Origin: Candidatus Bathyarchaeota archaeon
Lineage (GTDB): Archaea > Thermoproteota > Bathyarchaeia > TCS64
Assembly: GCA_043826455.1 (NCBI GenBank)
Contig: JBDRQD010000048.1
Span: 1-64,000 of the forward strand
DNA length: 64,000 nucleotides
Direction of reading: 5' to 3'
Shown here piece after piece: positions 38,451-48,168 of the stretch (the first letter of the stretch is position 1; every line of letters begins with the position of its first letter). Below the pieces are notes generated by a model that was not told the DNA's origin, ran no database searches, and was given only the letters and a program-made list of their open reading frames with translations. Made by a program: the position numbers and the translations under genes.

Positions 38451-38615
38451 TTGAGTCAGAGAAGGCGAAGCTTCGACAGAGGCCCCCGTGAGATGACAAA
38501 GGCCGTCTGTTCAGACTGCGGCCAGGAGTGCGAGGTCCCGTTCAAGCCCACCGAGGGCAGGCCCGTGTACTGCCGCGAGTGCTTCGATAAGCACCGGCCT
38601 CCGCGCCGATACTAA
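38451..38615 (+). CDS. CxxC-x17-CxxC zinc-ribbon protein
   Basis: CSDCGQECEVPFKPTEGRPVYCREC; TTG start after GGAGTGA. Confidence 0.88.
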   Translation: MSQRRRSFDRGPREMTKAVCSDCGQECEVPFKPTEGRPVYCRECFDKHRPPRRY

Positions 38616-38734
38616 AATATCGTACGTAATTACGCACGATATTCATCGTTTTTTGCAGAAACCATCCCCCTGAGGATGAGCTGATTTCTCTGTTGGCTTA
38701 ACAGGAATATTTTCGTATGTAATTACGTACGAAA
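38616..38734. repeat. Two copies of the long palindrome TCGTAYGTAATTACGYACGA
   Basis: 38616-38643 AATATCGTACGTAATTACGCACGATATT and 38711-38734 TTTCGTATGTAATTACGTACGAAA, each with one mismatch. Confidence 0.85.
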
Positions 38735-38885
38735 CCTTTGAGTTATAGCATCTAACCAACATAATTTATATCTCACCCGCCCCATCCTTTCACCGCTAGA
38801 CAGGGAAGAATGAGACTATTGTGTACCTTAGCCTAACCAGGGTCTCACAAACGGCTGGCCTAGCGGGTTCTATGGAGGAAGCAAC

Positions 38886-40331
38886 ATGAGAGAGCACCCC
38901 ATCCGGATCTATGACACCATGACCAGGCGGAAACGCCAGTTCAAGCCCCTCAACCCACCGGAGGTGACCATGTACGTCTGTGGCCCCACAGTCTACGGGG
39001 AACCCCACATAGGCAACCTGCGGACCTTCACCAGCGGCGACCTTATACGCCGGTGGCTGGAGTACCGGGGCTACAGGGTGAAGTACGTGATGAACATCAC
39101 GGATATCGAGGACAAGACCATCAGGGACAGCGGCAGGGCCGGGAAGACACTGAAGGAGTTCACCGACCACTACACCGGCGTATTCCTCCGCGGCCTCGAC
39201 ACCCTCAACAACAGGCGCGCCACGGCCCACCCCAGGGCCACAGTCTACGTGCCCCAGATGATAGAGTTCATCTCGGAGCTGATGGCGAGAGGCTTCGCCT
39301 ACGACGCCGAGGACGGCGTCTACTTCGACATCGACAAGTTCCCCGGCTACGGCCGCCTCAGCGGCGTGGACGTCACCAAGACTGAGCGCACCGAGCGGGT
39401 GGCCGACGACGAGTACGACAAGGAGGACGCCCAGGACTTTGCGCTCTGGAAGAAGGCCACCCCCGAGGAGCTGGAGCGGGGCATCTACTTCGAGTCACCC
39501 TGGGGCAGGGGCCGCCCCGGTTGGCACATAGAATGCAGCGTCATGACCCGGGAGCTCCTGGGCGACACCATAGACATCCACGCAGGCGGCGAGGACCTGA
39601 CCTTCCCCCACCACGAGAACGAGGTGGCCCAATCCGAGAGCCTGACCGGCAAGCAGTTCGTCAGGTTCTGGCTCCACATGAGGTTCCTCAGGGTCGGCGG
39701 CAGAAGGATGGGTAAGAGCCTGGGCAACTACGTGAGCTTCGACCAGATACTGGAGAAGCACAGCCCCGAGGCCCTCCGCTACTTCTACATAAGCACCCAG
39801 TACAGGAGGCCCCTAGACTTCACCTGGCAGGCCATGGAGGCAGCCGAGAACACGGTCCGGCGCCTGGGAAACACCCTAGACCTGATAGAGAACGCCATGA
39901 GGGGCCCCGACGACAACCTGGACTACGGTGAACGGGAGAACCTGCTCCTCAAGAAGGTGCATGCAGAGGAGGAGGCCTTCGGCGCCGCCATGGATGACGA
40001 CTTCGACACCCCTGTGGCTCTGGGCCACTTACACGCCGCGGCCGGCACCGTCAACGAGTACATCACGGGCCCCGCCAACAAGGGGGTGCTTCTGGAGGCC
40101 GCGGACGCCTATCGGAGGATGCTTAACGTCCTAGGCCTCTTCGAGGAGAAGAAAGGAGGCTCCGACGAGGCCACCGAGCAGCTCATGGGCATCATCCTCG
40201 ACATTCGGGATGAGCAGAGAAAGGCTAAGAACTACGCCTTCGCCGACATTATCAGGGACAGGCTTCAGGAGGCGGGGGTGACCATTCAGGACACCGCCGG
40301 CGGAGCCACCTGGAAGATAGCCAAGAGGTAG
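38886..40331 (+). CDS. cysS: Cysteine--tRNA ligase
   Basis: YVCGPTVY, HIGN, DFALWK, GRPGWHIECS, FPHHENE, RMGKS (KMSKS variant). Confidence 0.97.
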   Translation: MREHPIRIYDTMTRRKRQFKPLNPPEVTMYVCGPTVYGEPHIGNLRTFTSGDLIRRWLEYRGYRVKYVMNITDIEDKTIRDSGRAGKTLKEFTDHYTGVFLRGLDTLNNRRATAHPRATVYVPQMIEFISELMARGFAYDAEDGVYFDIDKFPGYGRLSGVDVTKTERTERVADDEYDKEDAQDFALWKKATPEELERGIYFESPWGRGRPGWHIECSVMTRELLGDTIDIHAGGEDLTFPHHENEVAQSESLTGKQFVRFWLHMRFLRVGGRRMGKSLGNYVSFDQILEKHSPEALRYFYISTQYRRPLDFTWQAMEAAENTVRRLGNTLDLIENAMRGPDDNLDYGERENLLLKKVHAEEEAFGAAMDDDFDTPVALGHLHAAAGTVNEYITGPANKGVLLEAADAYRRMLNVLGLFEEKKGGSDEATEQLMGIILDIRDEQRKAKNYAFADIIRDRLQEAGVTIQDTAGGATWKIAKR

Positions 40332-40332
40332 C

Positions 40333-40980
40333 ATGTACGCCAACGCCCGACCACCCCATGAGGAGCTCCTCAGGCTGGAGGAGGAGCAGCTAGCCCGCTC
40401 CCTAGAGGTGACCTCTGACGGCCCCGAAGGCGGCTTCGAGCTGGTGGCCGGCGTGGACGTAGCCTACCGGGAAGGGGTGGCCTACGCGGCCGCCGTGGTG
40501 ATGGACGAGGAACTGGGCCTGGTGGAGACGGCGGGCGCCCAGTGCGTCGCCGAGTTTCCCTACGTCCCGGGCTTCCTCAGCTACCGTGAGCTCAAGCCGG
40601 CCAGGCTGGCCGTGGAGAAGCTCACGGAGTACGATGTGCTCATGGTGAACGGTCACGGCCTTGCACACCCCAGAGGCTTAGGCCTCGCCAGCCACCTTGG
40701 CCTAACCCTCGGTAAACCCACGGTGGGTGTCGCCCGGAGGCTGCTGGTGGGCGCCCTCGCCGACCCAGGCTCCGAGGAGACCCATGTAACGTTAAACGGG
40801 AAGGTCATAGGGGCCAGACTCCTGTCCCCGACGGGCGCCCCCGTGTATGTCTCCGTGGGCCACATGATCTCCCTGGAGGCCGCCGTGGAGTTGGTCATGG
40901 ACTACACCTTGGAGGGCAGGCTACCGGAGCCTCTGCGGCTGGCCCACGAGGCCGCGAGGATGCTGATGGAGGAGAGCTGA
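40333..40980 (+). CDS. nfi: Endonuclease V
   Basis: AGVDVAY, FPYVPGFLSYRE, GHGLAHPRGLGLASHLG, PVYVSVGH, RLPEPLRLAH. Confidence 0.93.
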   Translation: MYANARPPHEELLRLEEEQLARSLEVTSDGPEGGFELVAGVDVAYREGVAYAAAVVMDEELGLVETAGAQCVAEFPYVPGFLSYRELKPARLAVEKLTEYDVLMVNGHGLAHPRGLGLASHLGLTLGKPTVGVARRLLVGALADPGSEETHVTLNGKVIGARLLSPTGAPVYVSVGHMISLEAAVELVMDYTLEGRLPEPLRLAHEAARMLMEES

Positions 40981-41041
40981 GACCGCGCACCCCGAGCCCC
41001 AAGGGTAACCATCTTTTATCTCCACCCCCCATCTTCAAGCC

Positions 41042-42493
41042 ATGAACGAAGCTAAACGCACGGCCTTAAGCTGGCTCCAGGACAACGCCGCCGAAATGAA
41101 CCGGATGAGCGACCAGCTGTTCAAGTGGGCGGAGCCTGGGCTCAGAGAGTACAGGAGCAGCAAGCTGTTGGCCGACTTCCTAAAGAGCTACGGCTTCGAG
41201 GTGGACAGCGGCGTCAGCGGCATGCCCACGGCCTTCACCTCAGAGTGGGGCGAAGGCGGACCCGTCGTGGGCTTCTTCGCCGAGTACGACGCCACACCGG
41301 GCCACAGCCAAAGGCCTGTGCCTTACGAGGAGCCCGAGGTGTCCTACGGGCCCGGGTTCACGGACGCCCACAACATGCTGGGGGTGGCCAGCGTCATGGC
41401 CGCCCTGGCCCTGAAAAACGCCTCCGAGGAGCACGGCCTCCCTGTGAGGATCAGGCTCCTGGGGACGCCCGCCGAGAAGCTGTGCGTGGGCAAGCCCTAC
41501 ATGGCCCGGGACGGCTTCTTCGACGGCATGGATGCTCTATTGGCTTGGCACCCTGGGGGCCCGACCACGGTTCTCGGCGATGAGTGGCCCCGCACCTACA
41601 AGAGCGTCCTGTACAGCTTCAGGGTGGAGGCCGCCTCGGAGGGCCAGAGCGGCGCTGTCTCCTACCCTGGGGCCCTGGACGCGGCCGTTCTCATGTACGG
41701 CAACGTTAACATGATGAAGGAGCATATGCCTGCCCTCATGCGCCGCGGTGGCAGCGTCAACGAGTTCATGATGACGGGGGGCCAGTGCACTGTGGCTACC
41801 CCGGAGTTCAGCCAGCTGGTCTACGCCTGGAGGAACAGCAATCTGGCGGACCAGGAGGCCGTGGGCAGAGTCATCGACCGGTGCGCCCGGGGTGCCGCCC
41901 TGGTGGCCGACTGCGTCGTTGAGCCCAGGGTCCTGACGGCTGTCCGCACCGGGCTGCCAAACACCGTGATGAGGGACATGGTGTGGAGGAACCTCACCGA
42001 GATCGGGGCCCCCGCCTACACGGAGGAGGACAAGGAGTTCGCCAGGGCCATCCAGCGCACCCTGGGCGTCAAGCCCATGAAGGAGCCCCTCTACACGGAG
42101 ATCGTGGCCCCGGAGAAGGCGTACGGCGACTTCTACCCCGCCGACGACGTCAACGAGTTCACCTGGCACTGCCCAACGGCGCGCCTCTACGTCAGCAAGG
42201 CCCTGACCCCCGCCCCCGGCGTATCCTACCCGCGCTGGGCCTCCAGTGCCCTGTGCGGAGTCGGCGTCACCCACAGGATGGGGATGTGCGCGGCCCAGGT
42301 GCTCAGCGTGAGCGCCGTGGAGCTCCTCCTGAAGCCCCGGCTGCTGAAGGAGGCCAAGGCCGAGTTCCTGGAGCGTAAGAAGCTTCACGACGAGCCTCCT
42401 TTACTACCAAAGGACTTGAGGCCTCCCGTTGAGCTCAGGTGGCCCGAGTGGGTGGGCAGACCCGGGGATCAGTGGTGGATTCCTCCACCGTGA
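41042..42493 (+). CDS. M20 amidohydrolase (AbgB-like)
   Basis: AEYDA.PG, HNMLG, GTPAE, WHPG. Confidence 0.85.
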   Translation: MNEAKRTALSWLQDNAAEMNRMSDQLFKWAEPGLREYRSSKLLADFLKSYGFEVDSGVSGMPTAFTSEWGEGGPVVGFFAEYDATPGHSQRPVPYEEPEVSYGPGFTDAHNMLGVASVMAALALKNASEEHGLPVRIRLLGTPAEKLCVGKPYMARDGFFDGMDALLAWHPGGPTTVLGDEWPRTYKSVLYSFRVEAASEGQSGAVSYPGALDAAVLMYGNVNMMKEHMPALMRRGGSVNEFMMTGGQCTVATPEFSQLVYAWRNSNLADQEAVGRVIDRCARGAALVADCVVEPRVLTAVRTGLPNTVMRDMVWRNLTEIGAPAYTEEDKEFARAIQRTLGVKPMKEPLYTEIVAPEKAYGDFYPADDVNEFTWHCPTARLYVSKALTPAPGVSYPRWASSALCGVGVTHRMGMCAAQVLSVSAVELLLKPRLLKEAKAEFLERKKLHDEPPLLPKDLRPPVELRWPEWVGRPGDQWWIPPP

Positions 42494-42610
42494 TCCCTTT
42501 TCACCTCTTTTTTATGGTGTACGGTAGGTACTCTTTATATTACGGAAGGAATTTCGTCGCAAGTACTTTATAGAAAAAAGGGAACCTTGTAACCACTCAA
42601 GGTGTGTTTA

Positions 42611-43768
42611 ATGTCAAGCGATAACACTAAGCTGTACGCCGGAGTAGTCATCGCCCTCATACTGGGGGCGGCAGTGGGCTGGTTCGCCAAGCCCGCACCA
42701 CCAACTGGAGATACGGTGCCTAAGGCAACGTACGACGCGTTACAAGCGCAGCTCACTCAGACGCAGAGTCAACTCACGCAGAAGCAGAGCCAGCTGGCGC
42801 AGGCTCAGGCCCAGATAGCTGAGCTGAGCAAGCCGCCGAAGGTTGGCATCGTATTCGCCACAGGCGGCCTCGGGGATAAGTCCTTCAACGACATCAGCAT
42901 GGCTGGTGCCCAGAGAGCCTATGACAACCTGGGAGTAGAGTTCGACTACGTGGAGCCCACGGCCATCGCCGAGTACGAGGGCTTCCAGAGGGACTTCGCC
43001 ATGTCGGGTGAGTACATCCTCATAGTCTGCATAGGCTTCGACCAGGCTGACGCGCTGACCGTGGTCGCCTCCGAGTACCCTGACCAGAACTTCGCCCTTG
43101 TGGACATGGTGGTGGACAACGCCAACGTGGCCAGCCTCACCTTCAGGGCCAACGAGGGCAGTTTCCTCACGGGGGTCGTCGCCGGCCTCACCACCACCAC
43201 GGATAAGGTGGGCTTCGTGGGCGGCATGGACATCCCCCTCATCAGGGACTTCTACGTGGGCTACAAGGCGGGCGCCGAGTGGGCCAAGCCGGGTGTCCAG
43301 GTCCTTGAACCAGTCTTCGTCGGCAACTGGGCCGACCCCACCAAAGGGAAGGAGCTGGCAGTGGGCCTCTGGGAGCTGGGCGCCGACTGCATCTTCTCAG
43401 CCGCCGGCAAGAGCGGCCTAGGTGCCCTTGAGGCGTGCGACGAGAAGAACATCAACGGGTTCGGCGTCGACGCCTGCCAGTGCTACCTCAACGACAACAT
43501 GGTGGCCTCCATGACCAAGCGGGTCGACGAGGCCGTCTACCAGATGATCCTGAACGCCCTCGTGGACAAGTTCCAGGGAGGCTTCTACAGCGGCGGCCTG
43601 TCCGAGGGATGGGTTGGCATGTGCCAGCTTCCCGACGAGAAGGCCCTCTGGGAGGAGACCTTCGACTTCACCCACAAGGATCTACCCGACACGGTCATAA
43701 ACAAGGTCCTGGAAGCCAAGAGCAAGATCATCTCAGGCGACATCTCTGTCCCCAGCGGGTACGGCTAA
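42611..43768 (+). CDS. BMP-family nucleoside ABC transporter substrate-binding protein
   Basis: GGLGDKSFN, EGSFLTG, ASMTKRVD; N-terminal TM helix plus Q-rich coiled-coil stalk. Confidence 0.92.
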   Translation: MSSDNTKLYAGVVIALILGAAVGWFAKPAPPTGDTVPKATYDALQAQLTQTQSQLTQKQSQLAQAQAQIAELSKPPKVGIVFATGGLGDKSFNDISMAGAQRAYDNLGVEFDYVEPTAIAEYEGFQRDFAMSGEYILIVCIGFDQADALTVVASEYPDQNFALVDMVVDNANVASLTFRANEGSFLTGVVAGLTTTTDKVGFVGGMDIPLIRDFYVGYKAGAEWAKPGVQVLEPVFVGNWADPTKGKELAVGLWELGADCIFSAAGKSGLGALEACDEKNINGFGVDACQCYLNDNMVASMTKRVDEAVYQMILNALVDKFQGGFYSGGLSEGWVGMCQLPDEKALWEETFDFTHKDLPDTVINKVLEAKSKIISGDISVPSGYG

Positions 43769-43812
43769 GGAAAACCCTAAATCCCCTCCTCTTACCCTTT
43801 TTTCCATCACCC

Positions 43813-45327
43813 ATGACCCCAGCAATCCAGATGCAGGGCATCACCAAGTCCTTCCCAGGGGTACTAGCCAACGACCACATAGACTTCTCCGTGGAGAAGG
43901 GGGAGATACATGGACTGCTGGGGGAGAACGGCGCAGGCAAGACCGTCCTCATGAGCATCCTGTACGGTCTGTACCGCCCGGATGAGGGCAGCATAGCGGT
44001 GGACGGCCGGGAGGTACGGATGGATAGCCCGGGCCACGCCATGAGGCTCGGCATAGGGATGGTGCACCAGCACTTCATGTTGGTGCCTAGCCTCACCGTC
44101 CTTGAGAACATAACCCTGGGCCGGGAGCCCGTGAGGAACGGGTTCCTCCTGGACAGGAAGCGCATGCACCGGGACGCCAAAGAGTTCTGCGACCGGTACA
44201 AGCTCGACGTGGACCTCACCGCCCCAGTGTACACGCTGCCCGTGGGGGTGCAGCAGAAAGTGGAGATACTGAAGGCCCTCTACAGGGGCGCCGATGTCCT
44301 CATCCTGGACGAGCCCACCGCGGTGCTTACACCCATAGAGGCCGAGGAGCTGTTCGGCGCCGTTAGGGCGCTGAAGGCTGAGGGGAAGACGGTGATCTTC
44401 ATCAGCCACAAGCTCAGGGAGGTGCTCGCCATCTGCGACAGGATAACGGTGCTGAAACGGGGCAGGGTGGTGGACACCGTTGCCGCCGAAGCCTCCACCG
44501 AGGAAAGCCTGGCCCAGATGATGGTGGGCAGGAAGATCGTCTACGAGTTCCAGAAGGGGGATGCCGCCGGCCAGAAGCCCGTGCTTACGGTTAGTGGGTT
44601 AAAGGCCCTCAGCGACAGAGGCATCCCCGCCCTCAAAGAGATCGACTTGGAGGTCCGCAGCCACGAGATACTGGGCCTCGCAGGCGTGGAGGGGAACGGC
44701 CAGACCGAGCTGGTGGAGGCCTTGACGGGTCTCAGGGAGGCCGTTGAGGGCACAGTTATCCTAAACGGTGAGGACATCACGAAGGCGACTCCCCTGAAGA
44801 GGATAAGGATGGGGGTAGCCCACATCCCCGAGGACAGGTACAAGCGGGGCGTGGTCCCTGACTTCTCCGTTATGGAGAACCTCATCATGGGCGGCCAGAG
44901 GGATAGGTTCGCCAGGAACAGCGTCGCCATCGACTTCCGTGAGGCCTCCAGCTTCTCCAATGAGATGATGAGGGACTACCAGATACAGGCCCCGGGGAAG
45001 GATACCCCCGTGATGTACCTGTCGGGCGGTAACCAGCAGAGGGTGGTGGTGGCCAGGGAGTTCAGCAGGAACCCGAGGCTTGTGGTGGCGGCCCAGCCCA
45101 CTAGGGGCCTGGACGTTGGGGCCACCGAGTACGTCCGCGGCAAGCTGGCGGAGATGCGGGACAACGGGGCAGCCGTGCTGCTCATATCCGCGGACCTGGA
45201 CGAGATCTGGGCCCTCAGCAACAGGATCGCGGTCATCTACGAGGGCAAGATCGTGGCGGTGAAACCCGTGGGCGAGACCACGGAGCAGGAGATCGGGTTG
45301 CTGATGGCGGGGGGCAGGAATGATTGA
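43813..45327 (+). CDS. Nucleoside/sugar ABC transporter ATPase (CUT2, double NBD)
   Basis: GENGAGKT, LDEPTAVL, LSGGNQQ, QPTRGLD; start MTPAIQ. Confidence 0.93.
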   Translation: MTPAIQMQGITKSFPGVLANDHIDFSVEKGEIHGLLGENGAGKTVLMSILYGLYRPDEGSIAVDGREVRMDSPGHAMRLGIGMVHQHFMLVPSLTVLENITLGREPVRNGFLLDRKRMHRDAKEFCDRYKLDVDLTAPVYTLPVGVQQKVEILKALYRGADVLILDEPTAVLTPIEAEELFGAVRALKAEGKTVIFISHKLREVLAICDRITVLKRGRVVDTVAAEASTEESLAQMMVGRKIVYEFQKGDAAGQKPVLTVSGLKALSDRGIPALKEIDLEVRSHEILGLAGVEGNGQTELVEALTGLREAVEGTVILNGEDITKATPLKRIRMGVAHIPEDRYKRGVVPDFSVMENLIMGGQRDRFARNSVAIDFREASSFSNEMMRDYQIQAPGKDTPVMYLSGGNQQRVVVAREFSRNPRLVVAAQPTRGLDVGATEYVRGKLAEMRDNGAAVLLISADLDEIWALSNRIAVIYEGKIVAVKPVGETTEQEIGLLMAGGRND

Positions 45328-46390
45328 GAGGCTGACAGGGGCCGCCAGAAAGACGCTGGCGGACGTGAGGCGGGGCTCAGAGGGTGCCCTGTTCCAGGTG
45401 GCGGCGATCCTGTTGGCGTTCATCGTGGGTGCCCTGGTTCTCTACGCATCCGGCTACGACCCAGTCTTAGCCTACGCTGCCATGTTTAAGGGGGCCTTCG
45501 GCGACATGTACGGCGTAGGCCAGACCCTGACCCAGGCGACGCCCATCATATTCACGTCCCTCGCCTTCCTCATATCCAGCAAGGCCGGCCTGTTCAACAT
45601 TGGCGCCGAGGGCCAGTTCCTAGTGGGGGCTTTCACATCCTCCTTAGTCGGGATATATTTAGCGGGGCTGCCCTGGATATTGCACATCCCCCTGGCGCTT
45701 CTGGCGGGGGCCATGGCCGGGGGCGCCTGGGGGCTCATCGCCGCCGTCCTCAAGGCTCGCTTCAACGCCCACGAAGTCATAACCACAATGATGCTGAGCT
45801 ACGTTGCAGCGTACCTGACCGGGTACATGGTGAACTATCCCTTCAAGGCCCCCGGATGGGTCAGCCAGACAGTCAAGATCGCCCCGTCCGCTGAACTCCC
45901 TCGTATACTACCTCCAACCCAGCTGTCGGCCGGCATCCTAGTCGCCCTAGCCCTGGTGGCATCCACTACATACTTGCTCAGGAAAACCATCCTGGGCTTC
46001 GAGCTACGCGCCATTGGACTGAACCCTTCGGCGGCTGAGAGCGCCGGAATAAGCATCAACCGGGGCATAATGGTGGCCATGTTCCTCAGCGGAGCCATGG
46101 CGGGCCTGGGCGGAGCCTGCGAGATCCTGGGGGTCCACAGGCGGTTCATCGAGGGCTTCTCTCCAGGCTACGGGTGGGACGGCCTGGCCGTGGCCCTAGT
46201 CGGCGGCCTGGACCCCGTGGGCTCGCTCCTAGCATCCATCCTGTTCGGGGCGCTGAGGAGCGGCGGAATGATAATGACCCGGGCCACCAAGGTGCCCCTG
46301 GATATAGTGATAATCCTACAAGCCCTTGTCATCCTGTTCGTGGCCGCCCCCATGTTCATCCGTTCCCTGCTCAAGAGGAGGAGTAGATGA
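45320..46390 (+). CDS. Nucleoside ABC transporter permease
   Basis: FNIGAEGQ, GYGWDGLAVA. Confidence 0.9.
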   Translation: MIERLTGAARKTLADVRRGSEGALFQVAAILLAFIVGALVLYASGYDPVLAYAAMFKGAFGDMYGVGQTLTQATPIIFTSLAFLISSKAGLFNIGAEGQFLVGAFTSSLVGIYLAGLPWILHIPLALLAGAMAGGAWGLIAAVLKARFNAHEVITTMMLSYVAAYLTGYMVNYPFKAPGWVSQTVKIAPSAELPRILPPTQLSAGILVALALVASTTYLLRKTILGFELRAIGLNPSAAESAGISINRGIMVAMFLSGAMAGLGGACEILGVHRRFIEGFSPGYGWDGLAVALVGGLDPVGSLLASILFGALRSGGMIMTRATKVPLDIVIILQALVILFVAAPMFIRSLLKRRSR

Positions 46391-47316
46391 TGGTAAACCT
46401 GCTTGACGTCATCAGTGTGGGTCTCTTCGCGGCGGCCATCCGCATGGCCACCCCGATAGTCTATGCCGCCCTGGGGGGCATGTTCAGCGAGAGGGTGGGC
46501 GTCGTCAACATAGGGATGGAGGGCATGATGCTCACCAGCGCCCTGGGCGGCGTCACCGTCAGCTACTACACGGGGAACCCGTGGCTAGGCGTCGCAGCCG
46601 CAGTGGCTACTGGAGGCCTCCTAGGCCTCATCCACGCCGTGGTGACAGTGAAGTACGCCGGCAACCAGATCGTGAGCGGCACGGGCCTCAACATCCTAGC
46701 CATGGGGTTCACGGCCTACATGAGCCAGATCCTGTGGGGCTCCAGGGGCGCCTCTGAGAGGGTGGCCGGCATCAAGGACATAACCATACCCATTCTGAGC
46801 GATGTGCCCGTCATCGGCCCCATCATTGGCACCCACTCGCCTCTTGTCTACCTCATGCCCGTGGTCACCATCCTATGCTACGTGGTCCTCTTCAGGACGC
46901 CTCTGGGGCTCCACATAAGGGCCGTGGGTGAGCACCCCACCGCGGCGGAGACGGCGGGCATCGACGTCGTCAAGATAAAGTACATGGGGGTCATAGTCAG
47001 CGGGATGCTGGCGGGCCTCGGCGGCGCCTTCCTCAGCCTCAGCCACCTTAACCTCTTCGCCCGGGGCATGACGGGAGGCCGCGGCTTCATAGCGTTGGCC
47101 GCCCTCATCTTCGGCAAGTGGATGCCCTTCGGCGTCCTGGGGGCGGGCCTCCTCTTCGGTTTCGCTGACGCCCTACAGATGCGGCTGCAGAGCCTGGGCA
47201 TCCTGCCGCCTCAGATAATCCTCATGATCCCCTACGTCTTGACGGTGGCCATCCTGGCGGGGATGGTGGGCAGGGCGAGGCCACCCAGTGACTACAAACC
47301 CTACAAGAGGGAGTAG
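46387..47316 (+). CDS. Nucleoside ABC transporter permease
   Basis: SERVGVVNIGMEG, GRGFIALAALIFG. Confidence 0.9.
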   Translation: MMVNLLDVISVGLFAAAIRMATPIVYAALGGMFSERVGVVNIGMEGMMLTSALGGVTVSYYTGNPWLGVAAAVATGGLLGLIHAVVTVKYAGNQIVSGTGLNILAMGFTAYMSQILWGSRGASERVAGIKDITIPILSDVPVIGPIIGTHSPLVYLMPVVTILCYVVLFRTPLGLHIRAVGEHPTAAETAGIDVVKIKYMGVIVSGMLAGLGGAFLSLSHLNLFARGMTGGRGFIALAALIFGKWMPFGVLGAGLLFGFADALQMRLQSLGILPPQIILMIPYVLTVAILAGMVGRARPPSDYKPYKRE

Positions 47317-48066
47317 CTAGCCCTCATCCAGCATCTGTATGGCTCTGACGGCTACCCTGATCTCGTCCTCTATGCTCCTCTGGACCCTGTCCGCGAGCTC
47401 CCCGCTCCTCTCCCCGGGCTCGAACTCGCCTTTGCCGGTGCCTTTGAAGATGTTGCCGTCCACCGTGCATATGGCTCCGGCTCGGACGCCTCTGACGGAG
47501 GCCAGGGTGAACATGAGGCTGCTCTCCATCTCTATGGCCAGCACGTTGGCCTCGCCGAATTTTCTCAGCACCTCGTCGTTGCCCCCGTAGAAGGCGTCGC
47601 TGCTGATGATGATCCCCGGGTGAACCTTCACCTTCAGCTCCTCGGCTGCCCCTAGGAGGGCGTTCACCACCTGGTAGCTCGCTACGGCGGGGTACTCCAG
47701 AGGCACATAGGTTCTGGAGGTGCCCTCCCACCTGACCGCGCCGGTGGCCACCACTATGTCGCCGCTATCCAGGCTGGGTACCAGGGCGCCGATGGTCCCT
47801 ACCCTGATGAAGGTGTCAGCCCCAATCTTCATGAGCTCCTCCATGGCTATGGCGGTGGACGGGCACCCTATCCCGGTTGAGCACGCAGAGATTTCCACGC
47901 CACCAGCCTTGCCAGTGTAGGTCACGTAGCCGCGGTACGACGCCACCTTACGGGCCTCATCGAAGAAGCCCGCGATCCTCTCGACACGGTTAGGGTCCCC
48001 GGGCATGAGCACGTACCGCGCGACGTCGCCGACCCCGCACATTATGTGGGGCTGAATGCGCTTCAT
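47317..48066 (-). CDS. udp: Uridine/nucleoside phosphorylase
   Basis: PGDPNR, STGIGCPS, IRVGT, SSDAFY, EMES. Confidence 0.88.
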   Translation of the reverse strand: MKRIQPHIMCGVGDVARYVLMPGDPNRVERIAGFFDEARKVASYRGYVTYTGKAGGVEISACSTGIGCPSTAIAMEELMKIGADTFIRVGTIGALVPSLDSGDIVVATGAVRWEGTSRTYVPLEYPAVASYQVVNALLGAAEELKVKVHPGIIISSDAFYGGNDEVLRKFGEANVLAIEMESSLMFTLASVRGVRAGAICTVDGNIFKGTGKGEFEPGERSGELADRVQRSIEDEIRVAVRAIQMLDEG

Positions 48067-48168
48067 ACCTGAAGCCTCGGTTTCAACCTATAAAACATCA
48101 ACTATGAGGCTGCTCAGCCTCTGGAATGGGTTTAAAGGTAGGCTCCACACCCCTATCCGTGATTCCAA

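Noticed and set aside
42746..42815. 21-bp-period repeat in the BMP gene
   Set aside because: Explained by the heptad coiled-coil stalk (QLTQTQS/QLTQKQS/QLAQAQA).
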